Counted from the stretch's first letter, positions 1-10,562 are shown. The stretch: DNA of 64,000 bases from Bacteroidota bacterium (GCA_041183125.1 JBEGMH010000344.1:3522-67521); one strand, 5' to 3'. The notes: a model not told the origin generated them from the sequence alone. Numbers and translations are program-made.

Positions 1-514
1 ACAGCGGGACCCAAATCGCCATAAGGGAGCCCAGCAACACGAACAGTCCATACCAAACCAAGGCCCGTGCTTTTTCCCGGAGCAGGAGCACGTATTCCAC
101 TAAAAACGCAGAAGTATTCAACACCATGGATACCAGGAACATTCCCGTCCAGGGCAAATCCGGACGACCGATGAGGATATCCAGCAAAGAAGCCTTTCCG
201 ATGCCTAGCAGCAGGGCTGCCAGCAGGGAGAGGCCCAGCAAGCAGAGCCAGGCTCCTCTCAACGAGGCCAACTGCTTTTCTGCCGGTGCTTTGGAGGCCC
301 AGGAAAGCAGGCCTTGTACCAGGCCCGTCAGCCAAAAGAACGTCAGGGCGTACTGGATGTACAGGTATTGTTCGTACACGCCGATGCCTTCGAGGGGCAG
401 CGCGCTTTTCGTCACCAGCACTGCGCCCAACAAAGCTGCGCCCTGGCGCATCACCTGAAAAAGCTGGAACGCCCGCACGACTGGTCGCTCGCCCCATGAC
501 AGGCCCGGGCGCAT
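1..514 (-). CDS. N-terminal part of a multi-pass membrane protein running off the left edge (possibly a Wzx/MATE-like polysaccharide flippase)
   Basis: Absent from the ORF track because there is no stop in the window. My manual reverse-strand translation from the ATG at 514-512 stays open to position 1 (MRPGLSWGERPVVRAFQLFQVMRQGAALLGAVLV...LFVLLGSLMAIWVPL) and is mostly hydrophobic helices. The ATG directly follows the TAA of the upstream gene (TAAATG). The family assignment is a guess. Confidence 0.45.
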   Translation of the reverse strand, partial: MRPGLSWGERPVVRAFQLFQVMRQGAALLGAVLVTKSALPLEGIGVYEQYLYIQYALTFFWLTGLVQGLLSWASKAPAEKQLASLRGAWLCLLGLSLLAALLLGIGKASLLDILIGRPDLPWTGMFLVSMVLNTSAFLVEYVLLLREKARALVWYGLFVLLGSLMAIWVPL

Positions 515-1849
515 TTACAGCGGGAACACCTCTTCGTGGAAAACAATCCCGTACTCTTCCAATTCTTTGAGTACCGGGTCATAGACTTCTTTCATCACCG
601 GGATCTGTACCCCGCGCGCTTGTATGTTCCCTTCCATGACCATGCGCACGAAAATCCCCATGGGCAGGCCTACCGTCTGGGCCATCGCGGTATCGGAAGC
701 ATGGTTCCCCTTCAGCTGCATCGTGGATTTAAACCCGTACGATTTGCCATCTAACTCGTATTCCAACTCGTGGTACATCAGGATCATATCGCGGTCATTG
801 GGGTTCAGTACCCATTTTTCCCGGATGACGTGTTCCAGGATCAGGGCCGGGGTCGCATTGGGCAGGCGGATTTTCTTTTTCCGGAAGAGCCCCAGCCATT
901 CGAGGTTGCGCATCACTTCTGAGTCTGGGGCCTGGCCCAGCATCTGGGCGACGCGTTCTTTGAGGGAGCCGCCCTGGTATTTCCCCACATAAGCGTCTAA
1001 CAGTTCGTAGAAACTGATTTCCCCGGAATGCAGGATAGGAAACCCAGCGTCGGTGAGTCCAATTTGTATTAAAGCGTCCCAGGACTCGCAAAAGCCCTTA
1101 TGCCGTATCGTCCCGCGCAGGATATTCGGAATATCGGCTATGCCGTAGCGCTCCCGGTATAAGAGCGAGTCTCGGTTTGCGTACGCTTCATATTGCCCTG
1201 CGCCGGGTATTTCCAGTTTTCGGTGTTCTTTGAAAAGGCGATGGTAAGGGATGTAGCGCAATTTCCCGTCTTCGAGGAACTGAGCGGTGCCCTGGCCGGC
1301 CAGCACGACGTTTCTGGGGTTCCAGGTCACTTTGTAGTGCCAGGGGTTATCGTCGCTTTCCGGGGCTACCAATCCTCCTGTGTAAGAGTGGAAAGAGCGG
1401 ATGGCCCCCCCTTGGCCTTTGATCGCATCAATAGCGCGCATAGCCGACATGTGGTCAATCCCCGGATCGAGCCCCATTTCCCCCATAAAAATCAGGCCCC
1501 GTTCCCGCGCTTCATCGGCTAACGCAAACATTTCCTGGGAGACGTAAGAAGCGGTGATGAGGTGCTTTTTCAGCTTGATACAATCGTAGGCCACTTCGAG
1601 GTGGAGGTGTGCGGGCATTAGGGAAACGACTACGTCGGCCCGGGCGATCAACTCCCGTCGGTCGTTGGTCTTGAGCACGTCCAACCATACGGCGCGCCCG
1701 TTGGGGTGGCCTGCCACTTTGGCCTCTGCTTTCTGTAGGTCGCTATCGGCGACGATGACGACCCATCCTTTTTCCGCTGCCTTTCGGAGCACATAGTCTA
1801 TGAGCGCACCGGAGGATAAACCGGCACCGATAATCAGCACACTGTTCAT
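515..1849 (-). CDS. saccharopine dehydrogenase family protein
   Basis: 444-aa ORF. It has an N-terminal Rossmann motif (IIGAGLSSG) and the GLDPGIDHM motif typical of saccharopine dehydrogenase-like enzymes. Confidence 0.85.
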   Translation of the reverse strand: MNSVLIIGAGLSSGALIDYVLRKAAEKGWVVIVADSDLQKAEAKVAGHPNGRAVWLDVLKTNDRRELIARADVVVSLMPAHLHLEVAYDCIKLKKHLITASYVSQEMFALADEARERGLIFMGEMGLDPGIDHMSAMRAIDAIKGQGGAIRSFHSYTGGLVAPESDDNPWHYKVTWNPRNVVLAGQGTAQFLEDGKLRYIPYHRLFKEHRKLEIPGAGQYEAYANRDSLLYRERYGIADIPNILRGTIRHKGFCESWDALIQIGLTDAGFPILHSGEISFYELLDAYVGKYQGGSLKERVAQMLGQAPDSEVMRNLEWLGLFRKKKIRLPNATPALILEHVIREKWVLNPNDRDMILMYHELEYELDGKSYGFKSTMQLKGNHASDTAMAQTVGLPMGIFVRMVMEGNIQARGVQIPVMKEVYDPVLKELEEYGIVFHEEVFPL

Positions 1850-2023
1850 AGTTTATTTCTTTGTTGCGTTAGACGAATACAAAAACTTTTGGAAGCGTCC
1901 TACTTTGCCTTTCGTTTGGTATATTAAGGAATAAAACCACTAAAAAAACCGCGGAGCGCTTTTTCATGCACAACATACGGCCAGGCACCGTATATTTATG
2001 ACGACAAACCAACGTATACCTGC

Positions 2024-2509
2024 ATGTCAAAAAAGAACCTGGTCATAAGCTACGCGTTGTACTCCCGGCTGGAAGAATTGCCTCCCAAAGATAGGGAATT
2101 GGCCGAACGCGCCCAAGCATCCCAAGCACTATCTTATGCCCCGTATTCTCATTTTCGGGTCGGAGCGGCGATCCGTTTACAAGATGGCCGTCTAATAGGC
2201 AATGCAAATCAAGAGAATGCTGCGTACAGCATGTGCCTTTGTGCAGAACGGACGGCGATTGCCACGGCTGCGTCCATCGCTCCCGGGGCATGTATCTCGG
2301 CCATTGCCGTCACGGCCAGTGCGGAGCGAAAGCTGGTGAGCCCCTGCGGTGCCTGCCGGCAGGTATTGAACGAAACAGAAATTGCACAGGGATCGGCCAT
2401 ACAGATCATCCTACAGGGCGACGAGGGGAGCTGGCTGGTATTTGATTCGGCCAAAGACATTTTGCCTTTTCCCTTTAGCCCGGAGAATTTGAGCGGTACC
2501 ACGGGGTAG
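2024..2509 (+). CDS. cdd: cytidine deaminase
   Basis: 161-aa ORF with the zinc/catalytic motifs CAERTA and PCGACRQV of cytidine deaminases. Confidence 0.85.
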   Translation: MSKKNLVISYALYSRLEELPPKDRELAERAQASQALSYAPYSHFRVGAAIRLQDGRLIGNANQENAAYSMCLCAERTAIATAASIAPGACISAIAVTASAERKLVSPCGACRQVLNETEIAQGSAIQIILQGDEGSWLVFDSAKDILPFPFSPENLSGTTG

Positions 2510-2541
2510 ACTCCTTTGTGAGAACGGTCGGTACCAGCAGC

Positions 2542-3285
2542 CTAGCCCTTCAAAACCCGCTCCAGGTCTTCGGGCGTGTCAATGCCTTGTGTTTCCAGAT
2601 CGGTAAATTCCACCTGGATGGTATACCCGTTTTCCAGCCAGCGCAGTTGTTCCAGGGACTCCAGGCTTTCCAGGGTAGAAACTGACAGGCGGGAAATTTC
2701 CTTCAAAACAGGTTGGGTATAGCCGTACAGGCCTATGTGTTTGTAAAAAAAACCTTTTTCGATCCCCGTTTCCAGCGATTGCCCTCGCAGGAAAGGTATG
2801 GGATAGCGGCTAAAATAGAGTGCTTGGCGCCGGGTGCCGAAAACGACTTTCACCACATTGGGGTTTTCCAGTTCCTCCTTTGCTGTAATCTGCTTGGCCA
2901 GGGTGGAGATGCCCGCCTCGCCTGTGAGCAAAGGATGCGCTACCCGGTCAATCTGTTCGGGGTCCAGAAAAGGTTCATCGCCCTGGATATTCACTACGGC
3001 GCGGTATTCGGGGTACTTGGCGGCTACTTCGGCACAGCGGTCCGTACCACTGGCGTGGTTCCCGTCGGTGAGCAGTACGTTCCCTCCAAAAGAGCGCACG
3101 TGTTCGGCAATGCGGTCGTCGTCGGTAGCGACGATTACCGTTCCGAGCGCATGGGCTTGAAGGGCCTGTTCATAGACCCGCCGGACCATGGATTTGCCTG
3201 CAATATCCGCTAACGGCTTCCCTGGAAATCGGGTAGAAGCATAGCGCGCCGGAATTATTCCCAGGGCTTTGTTTGGTTGCTGCAT
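2542..3285 (-). CDS. kdsB: 3-deoxy-manno-octulosonate cytidylyltransferase (CMP-KDO synthetase)
   Basis: The ORF-track entry is 2542-3327. The conserved N-terminus GIIPARYASTRFPGKPL is the KdsB signature. I place the start at the internal Met (MQQPNK, 3285). Confidence 0.9.
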   Translation of the reverse strand: MQQPNKALGIIPARYASTRFPGKPLADIAGKSMVRRVYEQALQAHALGTVIVATDDDRIAEHVRSFGGNVLLTDGNHASGTDRCAEVAAKYPEYRAVVNIQGDEPFLDPEQIDRVAHPLLTGEAGISTLAKQITAKEELENPNVVKVVFGTRRQALYFSRYPIPFLRGQSLETGIEKGFFYKHIGLYGYTQPVLKEISRLSVSTLESLESLEQLRWLENGYTIQVEFTDLETQGIDTPEDLERVLKG

Positions 3286-3327
3286 TTTGCTTGTTTTTCT
3301 TTGCATAAAAAACAGACCTGTAAGCAC

Positions 3328-4170
3328 ATGCGGAACATCGTCGCGCTCATCCTGACCCTTTACAGCCCCTGCTTGAACGCTTATGGAACCAGCCCGGGAT
3401 TTCTATCCGCCAGTGATACCGTAGCCCTGGCGGTCGAAAACGGTGAAAAAATCTACCGACACACCGTCCGGCAGGGACAAACCTTGTATGCCATCTCGCG
3501 ATTCTACGGGATGCACTATCAGGAGCTTCAGTACTGGAACCCCGGGCTTGGGGAAAACCTGACCGTTGGACAGTCCATCCGCATCCCCATACCCAACCGG
3601 GCCATCCTGCGCTACTTGAAGGGCGGGGTCTCACGAACGCAATATGCCCCGGTCACGTATTTGGTCAAAAAGGGCGATACCGCGTTCCGCATCGGGCAAT
3701 ATTTCAAAATGCCGGTTGACACCGTCCTTTCACGCGGCAAGATACGCAATAATATTCTTACACCAGGAGCCCAAATCCATATTGGATGGATCAGTATATT
3801 AGGGATTTCCGAATCGGACCGCATCGTTCCCGCCCACCCCATGCTCAAAAAGAATTTGCCCCTGCGGCAGCGCTTTGAAAACAACATTGCCGGTAAAAAA
3901 GTGGTTAAAGACCAGGGGCCTGCCTTTTGGAACAAAGAAGCGGCAGATCAGGGAAACGCCTTTTATGCCCGATTCAACGGTGCGGCACAAAGGTCTGTAC
4001 TGGAAATTGAAAACCCCATGAACCAAGGTAAAATATATGTGGAAGTACTGGGCCCTATCCCCCCCACTGTGTACGATAAAAACGTCAAAGTGGTCCTTTC
4101 CCCGGCGGCAGCGCGTATGTTGGGTGCCAGAGATGCCCAGTTTTTTGTAAAAATTCGTTACTCCAAGTAA
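3328..4170 (+). CDS. secreted LysM-repeat peptidoglycan-binding protein
   Basis: The Met at 3328 gives a signal-like N-terminus (MRNIVALILTLYSPCLNA). There are two LysM repeats (VRQGQTLYAISRFYGMHYQELQYWNP; VKKGDTAFRIGQYFKMPVDTV). The C-terminal third resembles a degenerate RlpA-like double-psi beta-barrel (inference). Confidence 0.75.
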   Translation: MRNIVALILTLYSPCLNAYGTSPGFLSASDTVALAVENGEKIYRHTVRQGQTLYAISRFYGMHYQELQYWNPGLGENLTVGQSIRIPIPNRAILRYLKGGVSRTQYAPVTYLVKKGDTAFRIGQYFKMPVDTVLSRGKIRNNILTPGAQIHIGWISILGISESDRIVPAHPMLKKNLPLRQRFENNIAGKKVVKDQGPAFWNKEAADQGNAFYARFNGAAQRSVLEIENPMNQGKIYVEVLGPIPPTVYDKNVKVVLSPAAARMLGARDAQFFVKIRYSK

Positions 4171-4179
4171 ATACCGAGC

Positions 4180-5157
4180 ATGGAATATCATGATAATATC
4201 CTGGGTACCATTGGCAATACCCCTTTGGTGCGCCTGAACCGGGTCGCCGCTGAACTACCAGCCACCGTACTCATCAAAATGGAAACGTTCAACCCCGGGC
4301 AGTCCATTAAAGACCGGATGGCTTTAAAAATGGTAGAAGATGCCGAAGCAGCAGGCAAACTGGTGCCGGGAGGGACTATCATCGAATGTACTTCCGGCAA
4401 CACAGGGATGGGGCTCGCCCTGGCAGCAGCGGTGAAAGGCTACCGCTGTGTCTTCACCACCACCGATAAGCAGTCGAAGGAAAAAATGGACGTCCTCAAG
4501 GCGGTAGGGGCTGAAGTGATCGTTTGCCCTACCAACGTCGCTGCCGATGACCCCCGCTCCTACTACTCCGTAGCAAAGCAGTTGAGCCAGGAAATCCCCA
4601 ACAGCTACTGGTGCAACCAGTACGACAACCTGTCGAACCGGCAGGCTCATTTTGAGACTACCGGGCCCGAAATATGGCGCCAGACCGAAGGGCAAATCAC
4701 CCACCTCGTAGCTGGGGTCGGGACGGGGGGCACGATATCCGGAACCGGACGCTACTTGAAAGCACAAAACCCCAATATTCAGATCTGGGGTATCGATACC
4801 TATGGCTCTGCTTTGAAAAAATTCCACGAGACCCGCCAGTTTGATCCCTCCGAGATATATCCCTATGTCACAGAAGGCATCGGGGAAGATATTATCCCGG
4901 CCAACATTGATTTCGATATCATTGATCATTTTGAAAAAGTGGGCGATAAAGAAGGGGCGGTGATGGCCCGGCGCCTGGCCCGGGAAGAAGGTATGCTTTT
5001 GGGCTACTCTGCCGGCTCTGCAGTGGCCGGCTTGCTACAGCTTCGGGACCGGCTTAGACCAGGCGATGTGGTGGTCATTCCCATCCACGACCACGGCTCG
5101 CGCTATGTCGGGAAAATCTACAACGACGATTGGATGAGGGAAAAGGGCTTTTTGTAA
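4180..5157 (+). CDS. PLP-dependent cysteine synthase / cystathionine beta-synthase-core family enzyme
   Basis: 325-aa ORF with the PLP-lysine motif SIKDR plus TSGNTG and GVGTGGT loops of fold-type II PLP enzymes. I cannot separate CysK, CysM and CBS by eye. Confidence 0.85.
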   Translation: MEYHDNILGTIGNTPLVRLNRVAAELPATVLIKMETFNPGQSIKDRMALKMVEDAEAAGKLVPGGTIIECTSGNTGMGLALAAAVKGYRCVFTTTDKQSKEKMDVLKAVGAEVIVCPTNVAADDPRSYYSVAKQLSQEIPNSYWCNQYDNLSNRQAHFETTGPEIWRQTEGQITHLVAGVGTGGTISGTGRYLKAQNPNIQIWGIDTYGSALKKFHETRQFDPSEIYPYVTEGIGEDIIPANIDFDIIDHFEKVGDKEGAVMARRLAREEGMLLGYSAGSAVAGLLQLRDRLRPGDVVVIPIHDHGSRYVGKIYNDDWMREKGFL

Positions 5158-5227
5158 AAAGGAACCCTGCGACAAAACGAATTTTTCATGTCCTCATTTT
5201 TTATAAAAAAATTAAAACCAAATTATT

Positions 5228-6592
5228 ATGAATAGTTTTTTCAAAAAATTACTCTGGATAAGCGGGTTGTGGGGCGTCGCTGCCCCCGGGTTCGCACAGG
5301 GCCAACTGACCCTGAAGCACGAAATCCACAAGTTGCCCAATGGGTTGACCGTTCTCCTGCACGAAGACCACACGACGCCCATGATCGCGGTGGATGTTTG
5401 GTACCATGTAGGGTCAGGCTACGAAAAGCCCGGGCGTACCGGTTTCGCGCATCTGTTTGAGCACATCATGTTCGAAGGTTCCGGCAATGTCAAAGAGGGC
5501 GATTTCGACAACCTTCTGGAAAGCGTTGGCGGCAGCAACAATGGCTCTACGACGACCGACCGCACCAACTACTACGAAACGCTTCCTTCCAATGCCCTGG
5601 ACGTAGCCCTGTTCCTGGAGTCCGACCGCATGGGGTATCTGCTCAAGGCCATGTCGCAGGGCAAGTTAGACGGGCAACGCGATGTGGTAAAAAACGAACG
5701 CCGCCAAAGCTATGAAAACCGCCCCTATGGCCTGGCCTATCAAACCCTGGTAGAAAACCTGTACCCGGAAAACCATCCCTACCACTGGCCTACCATCGGC
5801 TACATGGACGATTTGAGCGCCGCTTCTGTGGAAGATGTATCCGAGTTTTTCAAAAAGTACTATGCCCCCAACAACGCCGTATTGACGATCGCGGGCGATA
5901 TAGACCCCAAACAAGCGCTGGAACGGGTAAAGTATTGGTTTTCTGAAATCCCCGCCGGCGCGCCCGTCCTGCGCCCCAATGCCCAGAACTTTGAGCTGGA
6001 AGCCTCTAAATACCTCACCCTGGAAGATAAGGTGCAACTGCCCCGCCTCTACCTGGTCTATCCTACCCCGGCCGTCTTCGCTCCCGGCGATGCCGAACTG
6101 GATGTCGTGGCCAGCGTCCTCTCAGGCGGCAAAACATCGCGGCTGTACCAAAAACTGGTCTATGAACTGGGTATCGCCCAAAACGTGAGCGCCTTCCAGA
6201 GCTCTTCAGCCCTGGGGTCTATGTTTATGGTCACCGTTACCGCCCGACCGGGCCATACCCTCGATGAGATCCAGCGGATAGTAGATGAAGAAATAGCGGC
6301 CCTACAGCAAGCCCCGCCTTCCGACCGCGAACTACAGCGCGTCATCAACCAGAAGGAGTCTTCTTTCCTGAGCGAATCGCAGTCCCTGCTCGGCAAAGCC
6401 GAAGCGCTCCAAAACTACTATTACCTCACCGGAAACCCCGACTGGGCCAACGAGGACCTGAACCGCTACAAAGCCCTCTCCCCCGGCGATGTCAGCACCG
6501 CCGCCCGCCATTTTCTCCACAAAGACAAGCGGCTTGTGCTCAGCGTAGTACCCAGCGGGCAGACCCAGTTAGCGGCTACCCGTCAGAAGTAA
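5228..6592 (+). CDS. M16 family zinc peptidase (catalytic-type subunit)
   Basis: 454-aa ORF with a signal peptide and the inverted zinc motif HLFEH (HxxEH) of the pitrilysin/insulinase family. Confidence 0.85.
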   Translation: MNSFFKKLLWISGLWGVAAPGFAQGQLTLKHEIHKLPNGLTVLLHEDHTTPMIAVDVWYHVGSGYEKPGRTGFAHLFEHIMFEGSGNVKEGDFDNLLESVGGSNNGSTTTDRTNYYETLPSNALDVALFLESDRMGYLLKAMSQGKLDGQRDVVKNERRQSYENRPYGLAYQTLVENLYPENHPYHWPTIGYMDDLSAASVEDVSEFFKKYYAPNNAVLTIAGDIDPKQALERVKYWFSEIPAGAPVLRPNAQNFELEASKYLTLEDKVQLPRLYLVYPTPAVFAPGDAELDVVASVLSGGKTSRLYQKLVYELGIAQNVSAFQSSSALGSMFMVTVTARPGHTLDEIQRIVDEEIAALQQAPPSDRELQRVINQKESSFLSESQSLLGKAEALQNYYYLTGNPDWANEDLNRYKALSPGDVSTAARHFLHKDKRLVLSVVPSGQTQLAATRQK

Positions 6593-6603
6593 AGACCTGT
6601 TAT

Positions 6604-6682
6604 CAGACGGGTGGCGAGGAGAACGGTCGGGATATGAAAAAGCCCTTTCCGTTATCCTCTCCGATCCTTCGAAAGAAATCTA
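6604..6682. repeat. palindromic intergenic repeat, copy J
   Basis: Sequence: CAGACGGGTGGCGAGGAGAACGGTCGGGATATGAAAAAGCCCTTTCCGTTATCCTCTCCGATCCTTCGAAAGAAATCTA. It aligns by eye to copies C and M: the same arm (AGACGGGTGRCGAGG), an AAAAAGNCCTTT core and an ...TCTA end. It lies 26 nt upstream of the next start codon. Confidence 0.6.
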
Positions 6683-6708
6683 TTCTTTATTTTAAATAGA
6701 TTGCAATT

Positions 6709-8160
6709 ATGAAAAATATTATATTGTTTTTTTGTTTTATAACAATATTTTCAACTGTTTCCCCTGCTCTGGCACAAACGCCCGACCGCTCGACCTATCC
6801 CAAGCCTGGGGACTTGCGGCCGCTCCAGATCCCCGGCGTCCAGACCTTCCGGCTGGCCAACGGTTTGCCTGTTTATCTAGTTGAAAAACAAGACCTGCCC
6901 ATCGTTCAGATGATTTTTTCGTTCAACGGGGGAAGCGTATACGATCCTGCCGACAAGCCCGGCGTAGCCGCTATGACGGCCGACTTGATGGACGAAGGTG
7001 CCGGCAAACGCTCTGCGCTGGAATTGGCGGATGAAATCAGTTTTTTGGGCATTCAACTTGGTGCAGGAGCGGGTAGGGAGAACCTGTCCGTCTCTTTGTT
7101 TTCGCCGGTGTCCAAGCTCCAGCAAGCCCTGCCCCTGTTGGGGGATATCCTTCTGCGCCCTACTTTTGACGAAAAAGAACTGGATCGCAAACGCACGGAA
7201 GGCATCGTGCGCATCGCGCAAGCCCACGATGAGGCGCGTATCATCGCTTCGACTGCCTTTAACCAGCTTGTCTATGGCACGGGCCACCCCTACTCTACCC
7301 CTGCCGGTGGCACGGAAGCCTCCCTCAAAGCGATGCGCACAGAGGATCTGATCCAGCACCATAAAATGCACATCCATCCCAATAACGGATACTTAGTGAT
7401 TGCCGGTGCTATCTCAAAAGCCCAGGCTGAAGCGGAGCTGGGTATGCTTTTGAAAGACTGGAAAGGCGGGGCCCTGGCCTCAAAAGCCATCCCGGAGGTA
7501 CCAAAACCCAAAGGCGTGCAAGTATATCTCATCGACAAGCCGGGTGCGGCGCAATCAGAGCTCCGGTTTGGCCACCCCGGCGTTGCCCGCAGTACACCCG
7601 ATTACTTCCCCATCGAAGTCATGAACACCATCCTGGGCGCATCCTTCACTTCCCGACTCAACACCAATATCCGCGAAGTACACGGCTATGCCTACGGGGC
7701 AGGGTCAGCATTCTCCATGCTCCGTGGAAAAGGTATCTTCCTGGCATCTTCTTCCGTACAGACCGATGCCACCGACAAGGCCATCGGCGAGTTTTTTAAA
7801 GAATTCAATGCGATAAAGGAAATTCAAGCGGAAGAACTGGACAAAGCCCGCAACTACCTCGCCCTCGGCTATCCTTCCAACTTTGAATCCATTGAGGCCA
7901 TAGCCGAGCAGGTTTCCGACGTCTATTACTACAATCTCCCCGAAAATTTTCTCAACCAATACATTGGGAATGTACTGAAAGTGAGCGAGGCGGATGTAGA
8001 ACGCGTAGCGAAGACCTATATTGATCCGCGCAATATGGTGCTCGTCGTCGTCGGGGACCTATCCAAGATCGAAGCCGGCATCAAGGCCATGAAGCCCGGG
8101 AAGATCAACTACCTGACCAAAGAGCAAGTCCTGGGGCCGGTGCCCGTTTCTCCCAAATAG
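6709..8160 (+). CDS. M16 family peptidase-like protein (non-catalytic partner type)
   Basis: 483-aa ORF with a signal peptide and overall M16 architecture. The HxxEH position reads ADLMDEG, as in inactive M16 partner subunits. Confidence 0.8.
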   Translation: MKNIILFFCFITIFSTVSPALAQTPDRSTYPKPGDLRPLQIPGVQTFRLANGLPVYLVEKQDLPIVQMIFSFNGGSVYDPADKPGVAAMTADLMDEGAGKRSALELADEISFLGIQLGAGAGRENLSVSLFSPVSKLQQALPLLGDILLRPTFDEKELDRKRTEGIVRIAQAHDEARIIASTAFNQLVYGTGHPYSTPAGGTEASLKAMRTEDLIQHHKMHIHPNNGYLVIAGAISKAQAEAELGMLLKDWKGGALASKAIPEVPKPKGVQVYLIDKPGAAQSELRFGHPGVARSTPDYFPIEVMNTILGASFTSRLNTNIREVHGYAYGAGSAFSMLRGKGIFLASSSVQTDATDKAIGEFFKEFNAIKEIQAEELDKARNYLALGYPSNFESIEAIAEQVSDVYYYNLPENFLNQYIGNVLKVSEADVERVAKTYIDPRNMVLVVVGDLSKIEAGIKAMKPGKINYLTKEQVLGPVPVSPK

Positions 8161-8161
8161 C

Positions 8162-10540
8162 CTAAGGTATCCTAACCAGAACGCCGTTGCGTTCCTGCAC
8201 GATAAACGCATCTTTGAACCCTGCCTGCTTAGCGGTAGGCAGGGTTCTTCGCGCTTCGTCCAATGAGAAGAAGCCGGTGATGAGTTTTATGGTCAATTTG
8301 CCCTTGATCCGGTCCACGATAGGGCCGATCAGGCTGGCCCTTGCTGCGTCGAAGTAGTTCACGTTCGAGTAAGCCCCCAACTGGATCATGATCTGCCCAT
8401 CCGGACTTTGGGGTTCGATGGGCTTGGAGAGGATAGGATCGGGTCTGAGCGGGGTATTGGAGGTGACCGGGGTACCGCTTTCCGCGACGACAAACGCACC
8501 GGCATAGCCATATCGCTTCACCTGGGCTACTCTTGCGGTAGCTTCTTCCCTTGTTTTGAACGGTCCTACCCGCACCTTATACGCCCCTTTATCCAGGACG
8601 GAATACACGTTGCCCACTGCTTTCAAGGCAGTATATTTGGACATTTCAGGGATCATCCCCATGGAGGCGACCTGTACCGAAAAACCCGCCATGGTCCGTG
8701 GTATATTCCCATTATCCCGGTCGGGGATAACCGTTGGGCCAGGATTGCCAGTAGTACTGCTGAGATACATGGTGCCGAGCAGGTTTCTATCTTGCCCTGT
8801 GAGGGTGTTTACTGATTTCGTATATTCCTGGTACCCACGGGGGGCGCAGCTAATCGAGTAGGTAGTATTAGGAACCAGGGCCAGGGAATATTTCCCCCCG
8901 AAGTCCGTCACCGCTTGGAGGATAATGCCCTGGGCCATGTTGCTGGCATACACCTCTACCCCTGCCAAAGGCCTGTTTGTAGCCCTGTCGAGGACCAGGC
9001 CCTGGTAGGACATTCCAGCCCCTGACCCCGTGCGGGCCAGTGCGACTTCTATATCCCGGCCGGCCGCTGTATTGCTGGCGGAGACGGGGACCCTGACTTC
9101 CTGGAATCCCGCCATCGTGACGAGCACCGAGCAGTTCAGACTAGTGCCTAAGGGCAGGGGGCATTGTCCCAGGTTATCGGAATAGAGGATTTTCCGCTGC
9201 CCGGCGCAATCGGATAGATCCACGGTTGCCCCTTGTATGGGCATCCTATCGGCAGCGTTGACGATGCGGAGCATCATCGTTGTCTCTCCGCCCTTGTGGA
9301 TGTGGTACAAGTCCTCTTTTCCGCGTCCACCTGGGCGATTAGACACGAAGAGACCGTAATTTTTGAAGCTATCGAAGATAAAGCCGTAATCGTCCCTGCT
9401 CGAGTTAATGGGCATACCGACGTTGGCAACTTTCGTCCAGCGACCGTCGCCCGATTCGGCCATGAAGATATCCATGCCCCCGAAGCCCGCGTGCCAGTCG
9501 GAGGAGAAATATAGATTTGTACCGTCGAAGTAGGGGCTTATTTCATTGCCCGGGGTATTCACTACCGGGCCCAGGTTGATGGGTTTGGACCATGCGCCCT
9601 CTTCGAGGTAGGAAATATAGAGATCATACCCCCCGAAGCCGTCTGGGCGGTCGCTTGCGAAGAACAGGGCGGAGCCATCGCTGGTAAAAGCAGGGTAGCC
9701 CGTACGGCCACCTGAATTGTGTATAAAGGAGCGTTCGTTGACCCAGTCCCCCTCATTGTTTATATCTGCCAGGAAAATGCTGAGTTGGGAGTCATTATCC
9801 GGGACTTGTCGGACGCCGTCCACAAAATTATTTTTGGTATAGGCCACCTTCCTGCCGTCGGCGGTGAAAGAAGCTGGTCCTTCGCCGTTTCCCGGAGTGG
9901 AGGTTTTCATTATAGCGGCGGGCTGTAGGTACCCATCGGCCCCGAGGCGGGAGATATAGAACTGGCTTCGGGAGACCCCGTCCCAACTGCTATTTGAGCG
10001 TTGTATATCGGTACGGGAGGAGGAGAAAACGGCTTGTTCCCTGTAAAAAGCCGGCCCAAAATCAGCGGCCAGGGAGTTCACGCGTTCCTCGACCACTGCG
10101 TAGTCGCTTGGCACAGCGCGTTGCGCCAGGGCAAAATCGCAAGACTGGGCAAAGTGGTTGCCTTTGGTGGGATCGGTGCGCGCATACTGGAGGAAATAGC
10201 TTTTTGCCTCTTCGTAGCGCCCAAGGGCTTTGAGTACGATGCCGAATTGTAGGAAAACGCGTGCGTCTACCGTCTCCTGGCGCGCCAGCTTGACCAGGTA
10301 GTCGGCGGCCTCGTCCATGTTGTTCAGGTTGGCGTAGCAAAGCGCAATTTTTTCGAGCGCTTCCATTTCATCGCCTTTGCGGGAGAGGACTTCTTTGTAG
10401 CTTTCGATGGCCTGGGTGTAGGCTTTGAGTGCAAACTGGTCGTTCGCTTTTCGGAGGGACTGGCGATAGTTTTGCCCGTAGAGATGAAGGGCGCTGAACG
10501 CCGCGATGGCAAGGGTCAGGACAATTTTCCGGAATTTCAT
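8162..10540 (-). CDS. secreted TPR / PD40 (TolB-like) beta-propeller / CarboxypepD_reg protein with two C-terminal SPOR domains
   Basis: 792-aa ORF with a signal peptide (MKFRKIVLTLAIAAFSALHLYGQ) and N-terminal TPR-like helices. It has PD40 repeats (GYPAFTSDGSALFFASDRPDGFGGYDLY; ISPYFDGTNLYFSSD). The two SPOR-like domains are FSVQVASMG...YKVRVGPFKTREEATARVAQVKRYGYAGAFVV and IMIQLGAYSNVNYF...GFKDAFIV. Confidence 0.7.
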   Translation of the reverse strand: MKFRKIVLTLAIAAFSALHLYGQNYRQSLRKANDQFALKAYTQAIESYKEVLSRKGDEMEALEKIALCYANLNNMDEAADYLVKLARQETVDARVFLQFGIVLKALGRYEEAKSYFLQYARTDPTKGNHFAQSCDFALAQRAVPSDYAVVEERVNSLAADFGPAFYREQAVFSSSRTDIQRSNSSWDGVSRSQFYISRLGADGYLQPAAIMKTSTPGNGEGPASFTADGRKVAYTKNNFVDGVRQVPDNDSQLSIFLADINNEGDWVNERSFIHNSGGRTGYPAFTSDGSALFFASDRPDGFGGYDLYISYLEEGAWSKPINLGPVVNTPGNEISPYFDGTNLYFSSDWHAGFGGMDIFMAESGDGRWTKVANVGMPINSSRDDYGFIFDSFKNYGLFVSNRPGGRGKEDLYHIHKGGETTMMLRIVNAADRMPIQGATVDLSDCAGQRKILYSDNLGQCPLPLGTSLNCSVLVTMAGFQEVRVPVSASNTAAGRDIEVALARTGSGAGMSYQGLVLDRATNRPLAGVEVYASNMAQGIILQAVTDFGGKYSLALVPNTTYSISCAPRGYQEYTKSVNTLTGQDRNLLGTMYLSSTTGNPGPTVIPDRDNGNIPRTMAGFSVQVASMGMIPEMSKYTALKAVGNVYSVLDKGAYKVRVGPFKTREEATARVAQVKRYGYAGAFVVAESGTPVTSNTPLRPDPILSKPIEPQSPDGQIMIQLGAYSNVNYFDAARASLIGPIVDRIKGKLTIKLITGFFSLDEARRTLPTAKQAGFKDAFIVQERNGVLVRIP

Positions 10541-10562
10541 AGCGGGATGGGTGTCAAATACT

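Noticed and set aside
126-570. Three overlapping + strand ORFs (61-110 aa) at the left edge
   Set aside because: They are rich in Arg, Pro and Ser, mutually overlapping, and antisense to an open, hydrophobic minus-strand frame that continues off the window and abuts the upstream stop codon.
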